A stretch of DNA of 62,518 nt, filler included, from Globobulimina sp. (Eukaryota): the NCBI GenBank assembly GCA_003354225.1. It is 22 parts of 22 records of this genome, joined end to end, with 100 filler letters (N's around TTAATTAATTAA, not from the genome) between each part and the next. Parts side by side here need not be neighbours in the genome. Positions count along the whole stretch, not along the records: positions 34,163 to 36,908 come from PIVH01005095.1; positions 37,009 to 39,754 come from PIVH01005096.1; positions 39,855 to 42,600 come from PIVH01005097.1; positions 42,701 to 45,446 come from PIVH01005098.1; positions 45,547 to 48,292 come from PIVH01005099.1; 17 more parts are not named here. One strand, 5' to 3'. The notes beneath the pieces are model-generated. The model saw nothing but the letters and a program-made list of their open reading frames with translations, made no database searches and was not told where the DNA came from. A program made the position numbers and the translations under genes. Positions 35,255-47,112 of the stretch are shown piece by piece. Position 1 is the first letter of the stretch. Every line of letters starts with the position of its first letter.

Positions 35255-36908
35255 TTAATTGCTAGCAAATGACACACAAACTTTGACACACATTTTTGTG
35301 CCATTTAGCATCTTTCCTTTCGCAATGACCATTGGTAATATCTCCTTCATTCCATGCGGTAAACCACGAAAACATTTTAACTTTCTCACTGCTTTCGTTT
35401 TGTCAATCAAATACTTATTGTTATTGTCATCATTCTCTATATCCAATAAAGGCAAAAAATATTCAAAATATCCATTTGCAATGTCAATTAAATTGATTTT
35501 GTGTTTATTATTGTATAAATTTGTAATATTATTTTGAATAAATGTTATCCTCCAAACACCAAATTTATATTCTTTATCAAATATTAATTTTAATTCAGTT
35601 CCATGTGTAACATAATAATTATATTTTATTATTTTACCTGATAAAATTGGCGCAAATTGAGGCACAAAAATAAATAATATTTTATTTTCTTTCTGTAAAA
35701 AACATTTATATTCTCTTCGTAACTGTAACCACCATCCAATTCCAATGCATTTACTGTCATTATCATCGCAAATCTTTCTTAATTTTGTCATTAATTCCCT
35801 TTTTATTCCTTTTTCATGAATACGGGGCAAACCAAGAATATCTTCACAAATATATTTTAATGTCTCTTTCCAAAATAAAATGGAATTATGCTCATATCCG
35901 TTGCAATCGAGCCATGCAGCACATTGTGAATATTTTATTTTATTCCAACATGTTTCAAATATATTTTTCTTTGCCATTTGTTGAAATTGAATAGATTCGA
36001 CACTTAATCTCGATAAATTATCGGCAAATCCATTCCCAAATATATCTGACAATAATGGTAATAATTCATTTCTCATTCTACCACGCGATGACCATTTCGG
36101 TGTACTATCCTGACAACGATTATATATTTTATATGTAGACAAATGTAAAAATATACGTACCTTAAAATAGGGCACACCGAATTTGTGCGCAAAGTGAAAT
36201 ATTTCTGTTTTTTTATGAAACAATAAAGGCCGCCATATCAACACTTCATTTATTACGGACTGTGAATCCATTCCAGATATATTCAATAATGAACATCCTT
36301 TCATCATATTTGATATCACATTTTCTTGTATATCACCTTGGTGGTGGCCAAATATTATACCACTGTCACTGTCACATTTAAATTCATTCAATACATTCTT
36401 GTAAGTATTAAAGCGAATATCTCGCGAAAGCCGTTCATATTCATCGCGTTTAGTAACACCGCGTTTAATTTCACGTATTTCGCGTTTTCGAAAAACAATT
36501 CCATTTTTCTCACACCATTTTGCTAAAAATAATGCTTCTTTATGTGCTTCCAAACGATTTCCATAATCAATATGTATTGCTACAATACGAAAAGATATTT
36601 TTTTATCAAATAATTTTAAGAAATATAATATTTTTGTAATAACCATTGAATCCACACCGCCTGATAATGATACAAATATATATCTTAATTTATAAATACT
36701 TCTTTGTTCCAAATAGTGTTTTATTGTTTTATACAACTTATTATTCACAATATTATTATCATTTATGTCCTCTTCATTATTGGCTCGTTTTTTCCATTTT
36801 CGAGTCGTACTTTTTTTTACAACTTTTTCTGCAACATTTTCCTGCTTATTTTCGTAATCAAATCTATTAAATTCCAAACTATCATCAAAATTACAGTTGT
36901 CGTTTATT
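35255..36908 (-). CDS. tilS: TilS/MesJ-like PP-loop ATPase (tRNA(Ile)-lysidine synthase family), 5'-partial
   Basis: VSLSGGVDSMV, HIDYGNR, RDIRF, FGHHQGDIQEN, IWRPLL. Removing the in-frame 51-nt GT-AG intron 36110-36160 restores VPYFK/DSTPKWSSRGRMRN. Confidence 0.85.
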
Positions 36909-37181
36909 NNNNNNNNNNNNNNNNNNNNNNNNNNNNNNNNNNNNNNNNNNNNTTAATTAATTAANNNNNNNNNNNNNNNNNNNNNNNNNNNNNNNNNNNN
37001 NNNNNNNNAATTTGTTATCATTGAAGGTTCGCTTCTGACTGAACTTGTGCTGGTTTCTGTTGCCGATCGCTCCGTATACAATCCTTTTCGTTATACAGAA
37101 CTACCTATCCAGTTACCTAGCCCCATATAACCAGCTCACTGTAAACCCGAGTGCACAGCGATGTCCCATCAAGACAATAAG

Positions 37182-38540
37182 CTACAGCACATCAGCCCTG
37201 TCAGTATATCCCAATACACTGCGACCAAGTGCTGATAACGCGATATCTACTCTGTTATCATGCCATTGATGACATCGTTTAGTCAAGTGGGCCATGATTG
37301 CAGATAGAACAGAGCCAATATTGAATTGTGAATTATAATTTGTTACAGTGTCCATTTTATTAGATTCGGATTTTAATGAAATCATAAAATTACTAAAATT
37401 TGTTTCATTATCATTTACAAATTGTTGATATGGATCGACTTTGTTTAATAAATCGGTGATTGAATTTGCAGCTTGATCCAACGAAAATAAATTATCTAAA
37501 TTTGAAGTAACTACCGGAAGGTTTGGAATTGTAGTCTGTGTATTTTGTAATAAGTTGTTTTTATTTGGATTTGTATCATTTAATACTTTATCAATCGACG
37601 CTTGAAGATTATGATTTGGATGATTTAAATTTTGGACATTTGAGCCAATTGGAGGTGGTAGATTCATGGAGGAATTATTATCATTAAAATGTACATGTTT
37701 AGCAGTATCATTTTGAGTTTGTTCCTCATTTTCAGATTTTCTATGATTTGAATTAATTGGTATCGGACTTAAAGTGGATGATAACTGCGAAGGTAGGGAC
37801 GTTTGGAGACCTTTGTACAATGTTAAACAGTCATTATTTACTGTAGCAGCTTCATCTGGTAAACTGGACGGATTTTCATTGATTGATTTAGTTGATAAGG
37901 AATCTAAGTAAAGTATACAATTAAATTGACGTAATACGGAATAGCCAGAGAATTGAGGAGAATCTTTAAATTCTTTGAATTTATCAGGTTTAAATTCAGA
38001 GCATGATAAATATATTAAATCTGAGAGATTTCGGACTTTTGGGGGAGAGTCTACATCGGCTCTGATAAAGCAATTTCTTAGGAATAATTTAAGCGAATCT
38101 AAAATGGAGCGAGACGATGTATTTGTAAACCAAATAAAATTGTTAGTAATTTGAGCAAAATAAATCATTATTAATAATTCACATTTATTAAAATATAAAT
38201 CACGATTGGTATTGACCGATGATTTTAAAATTGCTTTACCGAAGCTTATTTTCCAATTTTTCTTGGAAATATGCTTAATATCATCTTTATTTAATAAATT
38301 CAAGAAATTGTGAAGAATTATGCTGTAATAAGGGGTATCTGCTAATATTAATTGAGGGGGATTTGAGGGATTCGTATCTAAATTAATATGTTTATTATTT
38401 TTATTATTTTTTGTTTCTTGTTCTATGCTATGTGTTTTGTTATGATTACTGTTATCATTTTTGTTTTTGTTATGTTTATTATTTGATTGATAACCATTTT
38501 GAAATAGGTTGCTTTTCTTGGTTTTGTTAGTTTTATCCAT
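37182..38540 (-). CDS. N/K-rich ORF, candidate Gag-like ORF1 of a tyrosine-recombinase retroelement; the C-terminus may be chimeric
   Basis: 452-aa intronless ORF about 660 nt downstream of the YR gene on the same strand. Base composition shifts near 37320. Confidence 0.4.
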   Translation of the reverse strand: MDKTNKTKKSNLFQNGYQSNNKHNKNKNDNSNHNKTHSIEQETKNNKNNKHINLDTNPSNPPQLILADTPYYSIILHNFLNLLNKDDIKHISKKNWKISFGKAILKSSVNTNRDLYFNKCELLIMIYFAQITNNFIWFTNTSSRSILDSLKLFLRNCFIRADVDSPPKVRNLSDLIYLSCSEFKPDKFKEFKDSPQFSGYSVLRQFNCILYLDSLSTKSINENPSSLPDEAATVNNDCLTLYKGLQTSLPSQLSSTLSPIPINSNHRKSENEEQTQNDTAKHVHFNDNNSSMNLPPPIGSNVQNLNHPNHNLQASIDKVLNDTNPNKNNLLQNTQTTIPNLPVVTSNLDNLFSLDQAANSITDLLNKVDPYQQFVNDNETNFSNFMISLKSESNKMDTVTNYNSQFNIGSVLSAIMAHLTKRCHQWHDNRVDIALSALGRSVLGYTDRADVL

Positions 38541-38861
38541 TATTTGAATAACAAATAAGGACTACTTGCTAAGTTGTTTGTGTTTTAGTGTTTGGTTTTA
38601 GTTTCTTATAGGTTTTAGATTTTTTGCAGAGTTATCACGTAAGTGAAGAGGAAGCAAAAAGTTGTAGTAAAGTTTTTGTAAATACTTCAAAAAGACACAC
38701 GCATTTTGAACAAACGCACACAACACCAAACTTAAAATAATTAGATCAAAATAAATGTTAATATAATATATTTCAAGTTGATGTTAGAAAAGTGACCACT
38801 TGATTTATATTACGAACAAACGGGAGAAATAAATTAAAATTAAATTTAACAATATTTAATA

Positions 38862-38890
38862 AATTGATTGGTGGAATAAACCAATCAATT
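38862..38890. repeat. Perfect 11-bp hairpin in the YR/ORF1 intergenic region
   Basis: AATTGATTGGT-GGAATAA-ACCAATCAATT. Confidence 0.7.
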
Positions 38891-39202
38891 ATAATTAATT
38901 TATGATACAATACAACATAAATTATAATAAAACCCCGTTACCCGTAGGACCAAATTTTTACTTTTTAAAACCTGTGGCCGTTTAAAGGAATTTAAAAAAG
39001 AACGCAGAGGGGATAAAAATTTGTGAGAGGGAAACAAAAACCAAACACAAAAACTTAAACACACTCAATTCAATGACAAACTCCTAAGTGGCATCACAAG
39101 CCGATTATATATTGTCACACTAATTAAATTAACAAACACATTGGAAATTAATCACTATGTGGAGTTAAATTGCATTATGAAAGGCGAATTTATATAGAAA
39201 CG

Positions 39203-39754
39203 TTACCAGTTTTTATAATCAACACTATTCGCCCAAGGATCAAATATTTCAACAACATTGTTATTATGTTTTATTACGTAGTTATTTTTATAATTATAAC
39301 CATGAACTAATTCTTTTATGAACGTTGCTAACTGAATTTCTGTATAACACATATAACGGTAGGATACATGCGGTAAATTCGCAGGTTTCCAACCAACATA
39401 TTTTAGTATTTTAGGATGTGGTATTTGGTTATTATTGGCAAGGGACGAACCACCAATTCTGAAGGCATAGGAAGTATACCTTTCAGGTTCTGATAAATTG
39501 CAAATTATTGTGATTTCTTTAGCAATGTCACATAAATCTGTAGTTAATGCTTTTTTATTATTTTTAAATCTAAATATATTTATATCTTTATTAATTATAA
39601 AATATTTGTTTTCAATTGAATATTTATAGGTTCTTTCTAAATATATACTTAGTAATAAATAGGGATTTATGTAATTGCACGGACAGTGTTTTCGTGTGTT
39701 TCCAATGTATTTTCTTCCACATCGTGAATCTCCAATAATCACTTTTTTTACTAC
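39203..39754 (-). mobile_element. Tyrosine recombinase C-terminal half (DIRS/Ngaro-type), 5'-partial
   Basis: IIGDSRC...CPC...NPY, then RYTSYAFRIGGSS...ILKYVGWK...VSYRY. This matches the HSxRIG...GxW...Y box, with His replaced by Tyr. Confidence 0.8.
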
Positions 39755-39854
39755 NNNNNNNNNNNNNNNNNNNNNNNNNNNNNNNNNNNNNNNNNNNNTT
39801 AATTAATTAANNNNNNNNNNNNNNNNNNNNNNNNNNNNNNNNNNNNNNNNNNNN

Positions 39855-42245
39855 AGAATTACTTGAAATCAAACAAAATGAATCTCGCGATTGTAATTGG
39901 TTATTAATATCAACATCAATATCGTCGTATTTTTCTGATAGCGAACCATATGAATGAACAATGGCTGCATTGGCTGTATGACCTGTAGCCATATTAAGAT
40001 CTGAAGCATACGAATGAATAACAGCTGAATGTGAATCAAAATTATTTTCGCCAGTGGAAAATCGTCCAAATGAAATAATATTTGTTTTTTTGGCTGTTGG
40101 ACTCTTTCGAAATCGAGAACAAGCATCGAAACTGTGCGAGGTTAATAATTTTAATTTTGGGCCAGCAACATCATCACTTATCTTATTCTCACATGCATCA
40201 AATACACGCATTCTATTCTCGTATATACATTCTTTTTCATCCGGATCCATTAGTAAAGTACCAACGTCCTCCAATGATATCGCATATTGTTTTTTTTTTG
40301 ATTTATATTTGCGCATTTTATTTCTGCTTAGATTCTCGGTATTGGCTCTTCTTTGGCCCGCCTTTTGTTTCTCTCGTTTGAGCGCACGAATCTTTTTCTT
40401 GAGTTGTTCAAACAGTTTCAAATTACACCGACTGTGCTCTAATTGTTGAATAAACATAGAAATATATTGAAATATCTTTTGTATAGTTATTCTTTCTGAA
40501 TTTGCGTCCGTTTCAAACGCGAAATATTTGATTAACTGTGCTTCGCATTTATGAAATGAATCAATTTTTAACTTTAAATTTTCCATATTTTCAGACATAG
40601 TTTCCTGAAAATTAACCATTTTCGGGAAAAACATATCATGCTGATTTGCCATTTGACAATGTTCCTCTTTATATCTAATAATCATTGCATTTAAATCTCT
40701 GCTTTCCTGCATCAATAATCCATAATGCTTATCAATGCGTTCTCCATTAACTGTAACACAAAATATTCCAATTACAATTTACAAATTTATTTTGACACTC
40801 AACTTAATGCAGCTTCATGAACAACTTTAAATCGTTCAATAATATGCAATAAATTTGGATATTTCTTCTGCAAAAATGAGCATAAATACATTTGAAATGT
40901 CATACTATTATCACATACTCGAACATCTTCTAACTATATATATATATACGTAAAAAAAAGAAAATATACTTTCTAAATTTCAGAAACATAACAAACAAAA
41001 TACCAAAATTAAATCCGATATCATAAATCCATAGACATTGCCATAATTCATATGGTTACCAAACGCCAATATTATTTTCAATATTTCTCGCAACTCTTTA
41101 CTCAAAAAAATAATAAGTTTTGCTGTTTCCATAGTTGTTATATGTTCTGTTAACTTAATGACTCTGGCTCCAAATTGTAATTTGAATATCCAGTTTGCAA
41201 CACGCTGCCTTAACTCAATAATATCACATAATGAATAAAAGAAACGTTCAGTAATACCAAACAATTCAACATTATGTATTTCACTCATTCTCTCTGCCAT
41301 TAATTGTTCGCATGGCGTCGGTATAATACATATCCATGTTGTAACTTGTTTTAAATCCAATATCTCCTCATCCAAACTTAATATTGCATTCCGTAATTCT
41401 AGATTTGTCATATTATAATTAAACAATCTCAACCCATTTTTGACCTGCAAACTTCTTTTTGTTTCTATAAACCTAACCGACATTCTTTCATTTTGTTTAC
41501 TTTCCGCAGACGAAGGCGAAGAAGAAGACGAAGTGACACCGGTTTGTAATATACTTTTATTGAATATGATGACGTTTTTTTTGGATTTAAATTTGGATTC
41601 AATTTTTTTAGGCAGATAATCAGCCCATTCATGATTCATCTCATTCCATATTGATCCGTCAAATTTTTGTAATTTAATGGAATTCCAATGAATATTTTTC
41701 ATTTTATGCGCTGGTTTGGATATTTTTAATTTTGATGGTAATCCGAATTGTGACTGTTTCAGATCACTGCAAAATATATCAATATCTGACTGAGATAGGC
41801 CGTCTAATTTCATTTGACTTAAAATTGATTTAATTGGGGTTTTTAATTTCTTCATTCGATCATATTTACTAAATTTGGTGGTGTTGGTATTTAATTGAAA
41901 CTGATTGATTAAACTTTCACCAATTTTGTCTCTGCGCATTTGTAACACAATAATATCTGCGCTAACACCAATTTGTAACATTTGTTTATATTTCGTAAAT
42001 GATGCATCTTTTTGTGTGTTTTTGCTAGAATTATTATAAAAATGTATACATTTTAAATTCTCTCAACTGTGATTACGATGGGATGGAGTTGATAAAGTAT
42101 TTTTTGTCTCTGAATTATTTCTTTTGTTCTTTGGTGTTGTTTGTTCACACTTTTGTTCCGCTAATTGTTGTTTATTCGACGCCAATTGTTTTCTCAATAT
42201 TGTTACTTGCTTTTTCAATGAAACATTCTCTTGTTGAAGTTGTGT
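39855..42245 (-). CDS. Formin (FH2 domain) with CCDC53/DUF2360-like KYxxMLxxG repeats and no visible FH1; spliced, partial
   Basis: KPAHKMKNIHWNSI, LRNAILSLDEEIL, ERFFY, ILAFGNHMN..GNVYGF. GT-AG introns 42008-42067, 40934-41003 and 40751-40803 join the ORFs in frame. Confidence 0.85.
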
Positions 42246-42600
42246 GAGTTGCTCAGACAGTTCGGCCACTTTCTGAGACAGATCAATGGCTGATTGTACG
42301 GCATTAGGCGATCTCGAGGAGGGTTCCTGCAAGTTTGCCGGTGCGGTAGTGACTGGTCTGTTGACCGCTGCTGGGGGCACTGTACATCCTGTCAGCCAGA
42401 CAAGCAACACCCCGGTCAGCACTAGGAGCCTGTCGGAGAATCCGACCTGGCTTCGAGCGGCTTGTTTTTCGACTGGACTGCGTCCGGCTGCATCGACGAT
42501 ATACACCGATATCGCCTGCTTCACCGTCCTTGCCAGTCCAAAAACCGCTCGCTCTCGGGCCGACGGCGAGATTCTCCGACACACTCCTGGTGTTTTGATG
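42245..42600 (-). other. GC-rich bacterial-looking lipoprotein N-terminal fragment, probable chimeric join
   Basis: Abrupt rise in GC. LLVLTGVLLVWLTGC is a lipobox, fused in frame to the AT-rich formin exon. Confidence 0.6.
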
Positions 42601-42700
42601 NNNNNNNNNNNNNNNNNNNNNNNNNNNNNNNNNNNNNNNNNNNNTTAATTAATTAANNNNNNNNNNNNNNNNNNNNNNNNNNNNNNNNNNNNNNNNNNNN

Positions 42701-43038
42701 ATAAAATATAATTGTTTTTGTGTGGCCGATAAAATATTCTAATTCATTGTAAAAATAAATTTGAATGGAATATTGGTGGCAAATTGTTGGCGAAATTTAG
42801 AAATAATAATTCCTCATTTTATAGCAGTAAAAATATTGATAATCATTGGATATTGACGCTATTTGCAAATGGCACCAACTTATTATTACATTTGCAACTA
42901 TTGAAATTACCAAAATATTGCGGTGTCATCAAAGCGTACATTATATTACATAGTAATTATGGTGACATCACAAATAAAATTATTCAAGTGATGGATTATA
43001 TAAAAATGAGGTTGACAGAACACATTGGAATAAATTAG
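42701..43038 (+). CDS. MATH/TRAF-like C-terminal fragment, 5'-partial
   Basis: KFEWNI...FYSSK...WILTLFANG...LQLLKLP resembles the MATH repeats at 54764-56829. Confidence 0.4.
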
Positions 43039-43178
43039 CAATCATTGATAATGATTATGACAAATGATAACGACTCAGTTTTGTACAAAAAATAGAAAAT
43101 ACCCAATTGCAAGCAAACAATGAACACATTACAAAGGTTAATATTTTAATTAATGGCGAGAGGTATTTGTAAAAGCAA

Positions 43179-45194
43179 CTATTTGAGTGTAACCTGTAAA
43201 TACTTTGTCCGGTTATATCTTAATAGAAGAAATGCAATGATATGAAATGCAGCTAAAGTCGCGAATAAATAAGCAATGCATTGCCATAATGTATATTGAT
43301 CGAATGACAACATTTTAATAACGTGTTGGCCGTCGCGTATACACTGTCCACCATCCACATCGATATCATGACACGTAAACTGAGCATCTTTAAATTCATT
43401 GATTACGAAAGCACCATACATCCACCGTAAATATGATATATTTGAGAGCCATTCCATCCAAACAGTTATATTTTCAGTGTTAATAAAAAAGCCACCAAAT
43501 AACATCATTAATACGTTGACAACCGCTGCCATGGCAGATGCTGACTCAATATTTGGCGCAAAAGAAGCAATGAGAAATGCCAAACCAATGGCAGTCAGAG
43601 TGCCAGCAACCATAATCAAACAAAACATAAAAAATGCAAATGGCTCCTCATTTAAACCAACAATCCAATATAAAATAGCTGAAAATATCAGCGGTGGAAT
43701 AATATCCAAATGCAACGAACTGAATACTTTAACCAAATAATATGAACTTATATTGTATGATTTTGCTTCTCTTTCTCTGTCAACAATGGCTTTTTCTACC
43801 ATAATCTCAGTTGTTTTTATAAAAATAGTGTTGAATGCCTGATTGATGCAGATAAAAAATAATATTCCGCTTCTGCTCTGTATAGATTTCTGACCATAAT
43901 CCATTCCGCTGTATAAAAATGATAAAAATAAGGCAAAAAATAATGTCATAAATGTTGATAAGATCAATGCAAAGGAATCTCGTGATGTTTGTCTTTGGTT
44001 TCTTGCAGCCAATACTCTCATTTGTGTACAACATCCGGATCCAACTGTTCCTCCGTTGGCAGACAGAAACTTGTCATTATAATTTGCAACGGGAATACAA
44101 TTATTTTCCCGCTGTTTTGATTTGCTTTGAGCTTCAATTAATAATCCAATGCGTTGTTTTGATTTTTTTCCTTCTGTCAAGGTCCTGCTATCCACATTCA
44201 CAACATCCAAAAAATGGTCAGCTGGATTAAATAAATCAGGACATGGAAATCCTAAATTAGTAAAATAGTCAACTGCAGTTTTTCCGGCTTCACCATCATA
44301 AACGGCCTGTCCTTCGGATAATATTATCAGATGGTCGAACAATGCAAATATTGAGGACCGTGGTTGATGAATGGATAAGATGACTGTGGTTCCGCTCAAA
44401 CATAACCCTTTTAAGGTTTGTATTACATTTAATGCCTGGAAACTATCCAAACCCGAAGTCGGTTCATCTAAAAATAATAATGATGGATCCTGCATTAACT
44501 CCACACCAATATTTGTTCGTTTTCGTTCGCCGCCAGATACGCCTTTTATTCTCCCATTGCCAATATGAGTATGCTCACATTTATTCAATCCCAATTCTGA
44601 TATGATAGCAGTGACTCTTTTATTTTTCTCCGCCAATGTTACCTGTTTTGGTAAGCGAAGCTGTGCTGCAGTCAATAATGTCTCGCGTACTGTTTGTAAA
44701 CTGAATAAAACTTCATTCTGTTGCACAAATGCTGATATTTTGGCGAATTTTGAGCCCAAACTGTTACGATTTATACTGTTTACTTTAATTTCTCCTTCGA
44801 GTTTGCTGCCCTTTTTGGACACTACGCGGTTGGCCAACACATTTAATAATGTTGTTTTTCCACTGCCGGATGGACCCATAATTGCTATCAACTCGCCTGG
44901 TTTGGCAATGCCACTCATTCCATGTAATATTTGTTTTTGCATTTTTTGTCCACAACAACCGACAGATTGGTCTTTGATTGAGATGGAATAATTTATATTT
45001 TCCCATTCCAAGGTTACTGGGGCTCGCTTCTGATTTAATGACAATGCTGATGCCTTCACTCTGTCTGCAATATCCATGCGACTCACTTGTAAATGCTGTT
45101 TATTTTTGATTGGTTTATAATTTTTTTCATGTGTATTATAATTAACTTTGGTTTCGTCTAAAATTACATGATGGTTCAATTGTAACTCTGTCAT
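43179..45194 (-). CDS. ABCG (White-type) half transporter
   Basis: Walker A GPSGSGKTT, signature VSGGERKR, Walker B LFLDEPTSGLDS, SIHQP, CPDLFNPADHFLD, and a C-terminal 6-TM domain. Confidence 0.97.
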   Translation of the reverse strand: MTELQLNHHVILDETKVNYNTHEKNYKPIKNKQHLQVSRMDIADRVKASALSLNQKRAPVTLEWENINYSISIKDQSVGCCGQKMQKQILHGMSGIAKPGELIAIMGPSGSGKTTLLNVLANRVVSKKGSKLEGEIKVNSINRNSLGSKFAKISAFVQQNEVLFSLQTVRETLLTAAQLRLPKQVTLAEKNKRVTAIISELGLNKCEHTHIGNGRIKGVSGGERKRTNIGVELMQDPSLLFLDEPTSGLDSFQALNVIQTLKGLCLSGTTVILSIHQPRSSIFALFDHLIILSEGQAVYDGEAGKTAVDYFTNLGFPCPDLFNPADHFLDVVNVDSRTLTEGKKSKQRIGLLIEAQSKSKQRENNCIPVANYNDKFLSANGGTVGSGCCTQMRVLAARNQRQTSRDSFALILSTFMTLFFALFLSFLYSGMDYGQKSIQSRSGILFFICINQAFNTIFIKTTEIMVEKAIVDREREAKSYNISSYYLVKVFSSLHLDIIPPLIFSAILYWIVGLNEEPFAFFMFCLIMVAGTLTAIGLAFLIASFAPNIESASAMAAVVNVLMMLFGGFFINTENITVWMEWLSNISYLRWMYGAFVINEFKDAQFTCHDIDVDGGQCIRDGQHVIKMLSFDQYTLWQCIAYLFATLAAFHIIAFLLLRYNRTKYLQVTLK

Positions 45195-45940
45195 ATTTTA
45201 TTGAAATTGGTTGTATTGCAATGCTGTAACGATTCTCTGTCAGTTTAGTTAGAAAGATGCGATGTTTTGTTGGTTTAAAATTAGATAATTATAGCTAAAT
45301 TTGTACAGCAAATTTAGAAAAGCAGCAAATTTGCGAATTATGTAAGATTATGAAATGAACCTTTCCATAAATAGTCGTTCCTTTCCTGGCCTTTTGTGTA
45401 TACCATAATTTCAAATAACATGCAAAGAGATGATGCAAAATTCAAGNNNNNNNNNNNNNNNNNNNNNNNNNNNNNNNNNNNNNNNNNNNNTTAATTAATT
45501 AANNNNNNNNNNNNNNNNNNNNNNNNNNNNNNNNNNNNNNNNNNNNCCTCAAATAAGTCAAATAGTAATTAATTGTACTGAATATTCATCAAATAGTAAT
45601 AAACATAAATATTCCCCATCAATATTGATAACAGATGAAATTTTATTGGATATTTATAAGGTTTTATCATATTGGCCATTAAAAAGAGGTATTCGTATTG
45701 TTTCACCATTAAATAGTTTGTCATCATTAAGATTATTAATCAAGAAATACAATGATAAATTTTTAAAATGTGGATATAAATTACAAATTGGAAAAGGGAA
45801 TCATGTTCAACTTGGAAGTTGTGATACATTTAAGATAGTAAAAGAATGATTTTTGTTATTTATGTAAAATATATTTCCAATTCAATTTAATTTTATCATT
45901 TATGTGTAATACAATGTTGCAGTTGCAAGTCTTACAAAAA

Positions 45941-47054
45941 TTATTTCTCGTCATTTTCTATTTTAATCACAGTTCTTGAAACTTGAGCAGTTGATTTTAA
46001 TTCCATTTCTTCTTCATTTTCATTCCGTTGATCTATATTTGCTTTTCCCTTTGAAACCTGTTTGGATGCAGTATGGCTTTTATTTTGTGCATTGTGCATG
46101 GCATGCAACGCATCCTCCGGTTTAAAATATTTTAAAAACAACAACGATAAACCGGTAAATAAGAAAATCGCAATCATTGCGCCATACGCTTCCACCATGG
46201 TATCTCCATCATAGTTTTCATTTTCTTGCGGCATTCTGAATAAACTAAGAATCAGCGACGGAACAATCATCACAAAAATCAATCCCTTAATGCACCAAAA
46301 TTTGCCATGGATTTTATGTCCATCAAGCAACGTCGCGGAGGATTTTAATAAAGCAAATAAGCCATAAAAAGCAAGCGCCGCAGATATAAATTTCAACACT
46401 TTGATTGTGAGCAAAACAGCATGCTGTCCTTCGTAAGTACGCAACAAGAGATAAAATGTCAATATTGGTGCAAAAAACGCATACTGTAAAATCAAATTAT
46501 GCAATAACCGAAAATCCGTTTTTTTCATAATTTTGGGGTTGCAGCATGCTCTAAAACAGCAACCAAATGGTTTTTGGAGCATCATTGAAGGCAGACATTG
46601 CATTTCGGAGATTACCTAAATACATAACTAATAATCTCGAGAAAGAGTATAATACGATTCCTTCATAAGTTTTGATCATGAAATCAATCTAAATTGCAAA
46701 TATAAACATTATTTGATGTAATATATACAGTGAATCAATTGTAATATATATTGTGTTAACTGTATATGCAGAAATTGGTGATAATAATATCAGATATTTG
46801 GAGAATGATGCAATGATTGGAAATACCACAATTAGTAAGCATGCTGTATAGGAAAATGGAACTAAAGTCCGATCGTTTTCATCTCTGATCTTTACTGCAT
46901 GTTTATGGAATTGTCTTGCTCGAGGAAATAATATTAAACATGTGATAACCACAAAGACAGCACCAAATGACCAAAACCAAGTGTATATCTTAGGTCTATC
47001 GGAATTCGTTAAATGTTCGAGTAATGTTGGTGGCAGCAGATAACAGGGAGACAT
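45941..47054 (-). CDS. OST-alpha/TMEM184 (Solute_trans_a) family membrane protein, spliced, one frame break
   Basis: Intron 46689-46760 leads to IDFMIKTYEGIVLYSFSRLLVMYLG. After a frame break near 46570: PFGCCF...ILQY...HGKFWCIKGLIF. Confidence 0.75.
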
Positions 47055-47112
47055 TAGCAAAACAGGTTTTTGGTGAGGTAGTAAGTTGACTGTTTTTCAA
47101 ATTATACCAAGC

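Noticed and set aside
38900-39060. Self-cleaving ribozyme in the YR intergenic region
   Set aside because: I could not fit hammerhead (CUGANGA/GAAA) or HDV-like topology by eye. A covariance-model search would be needed.
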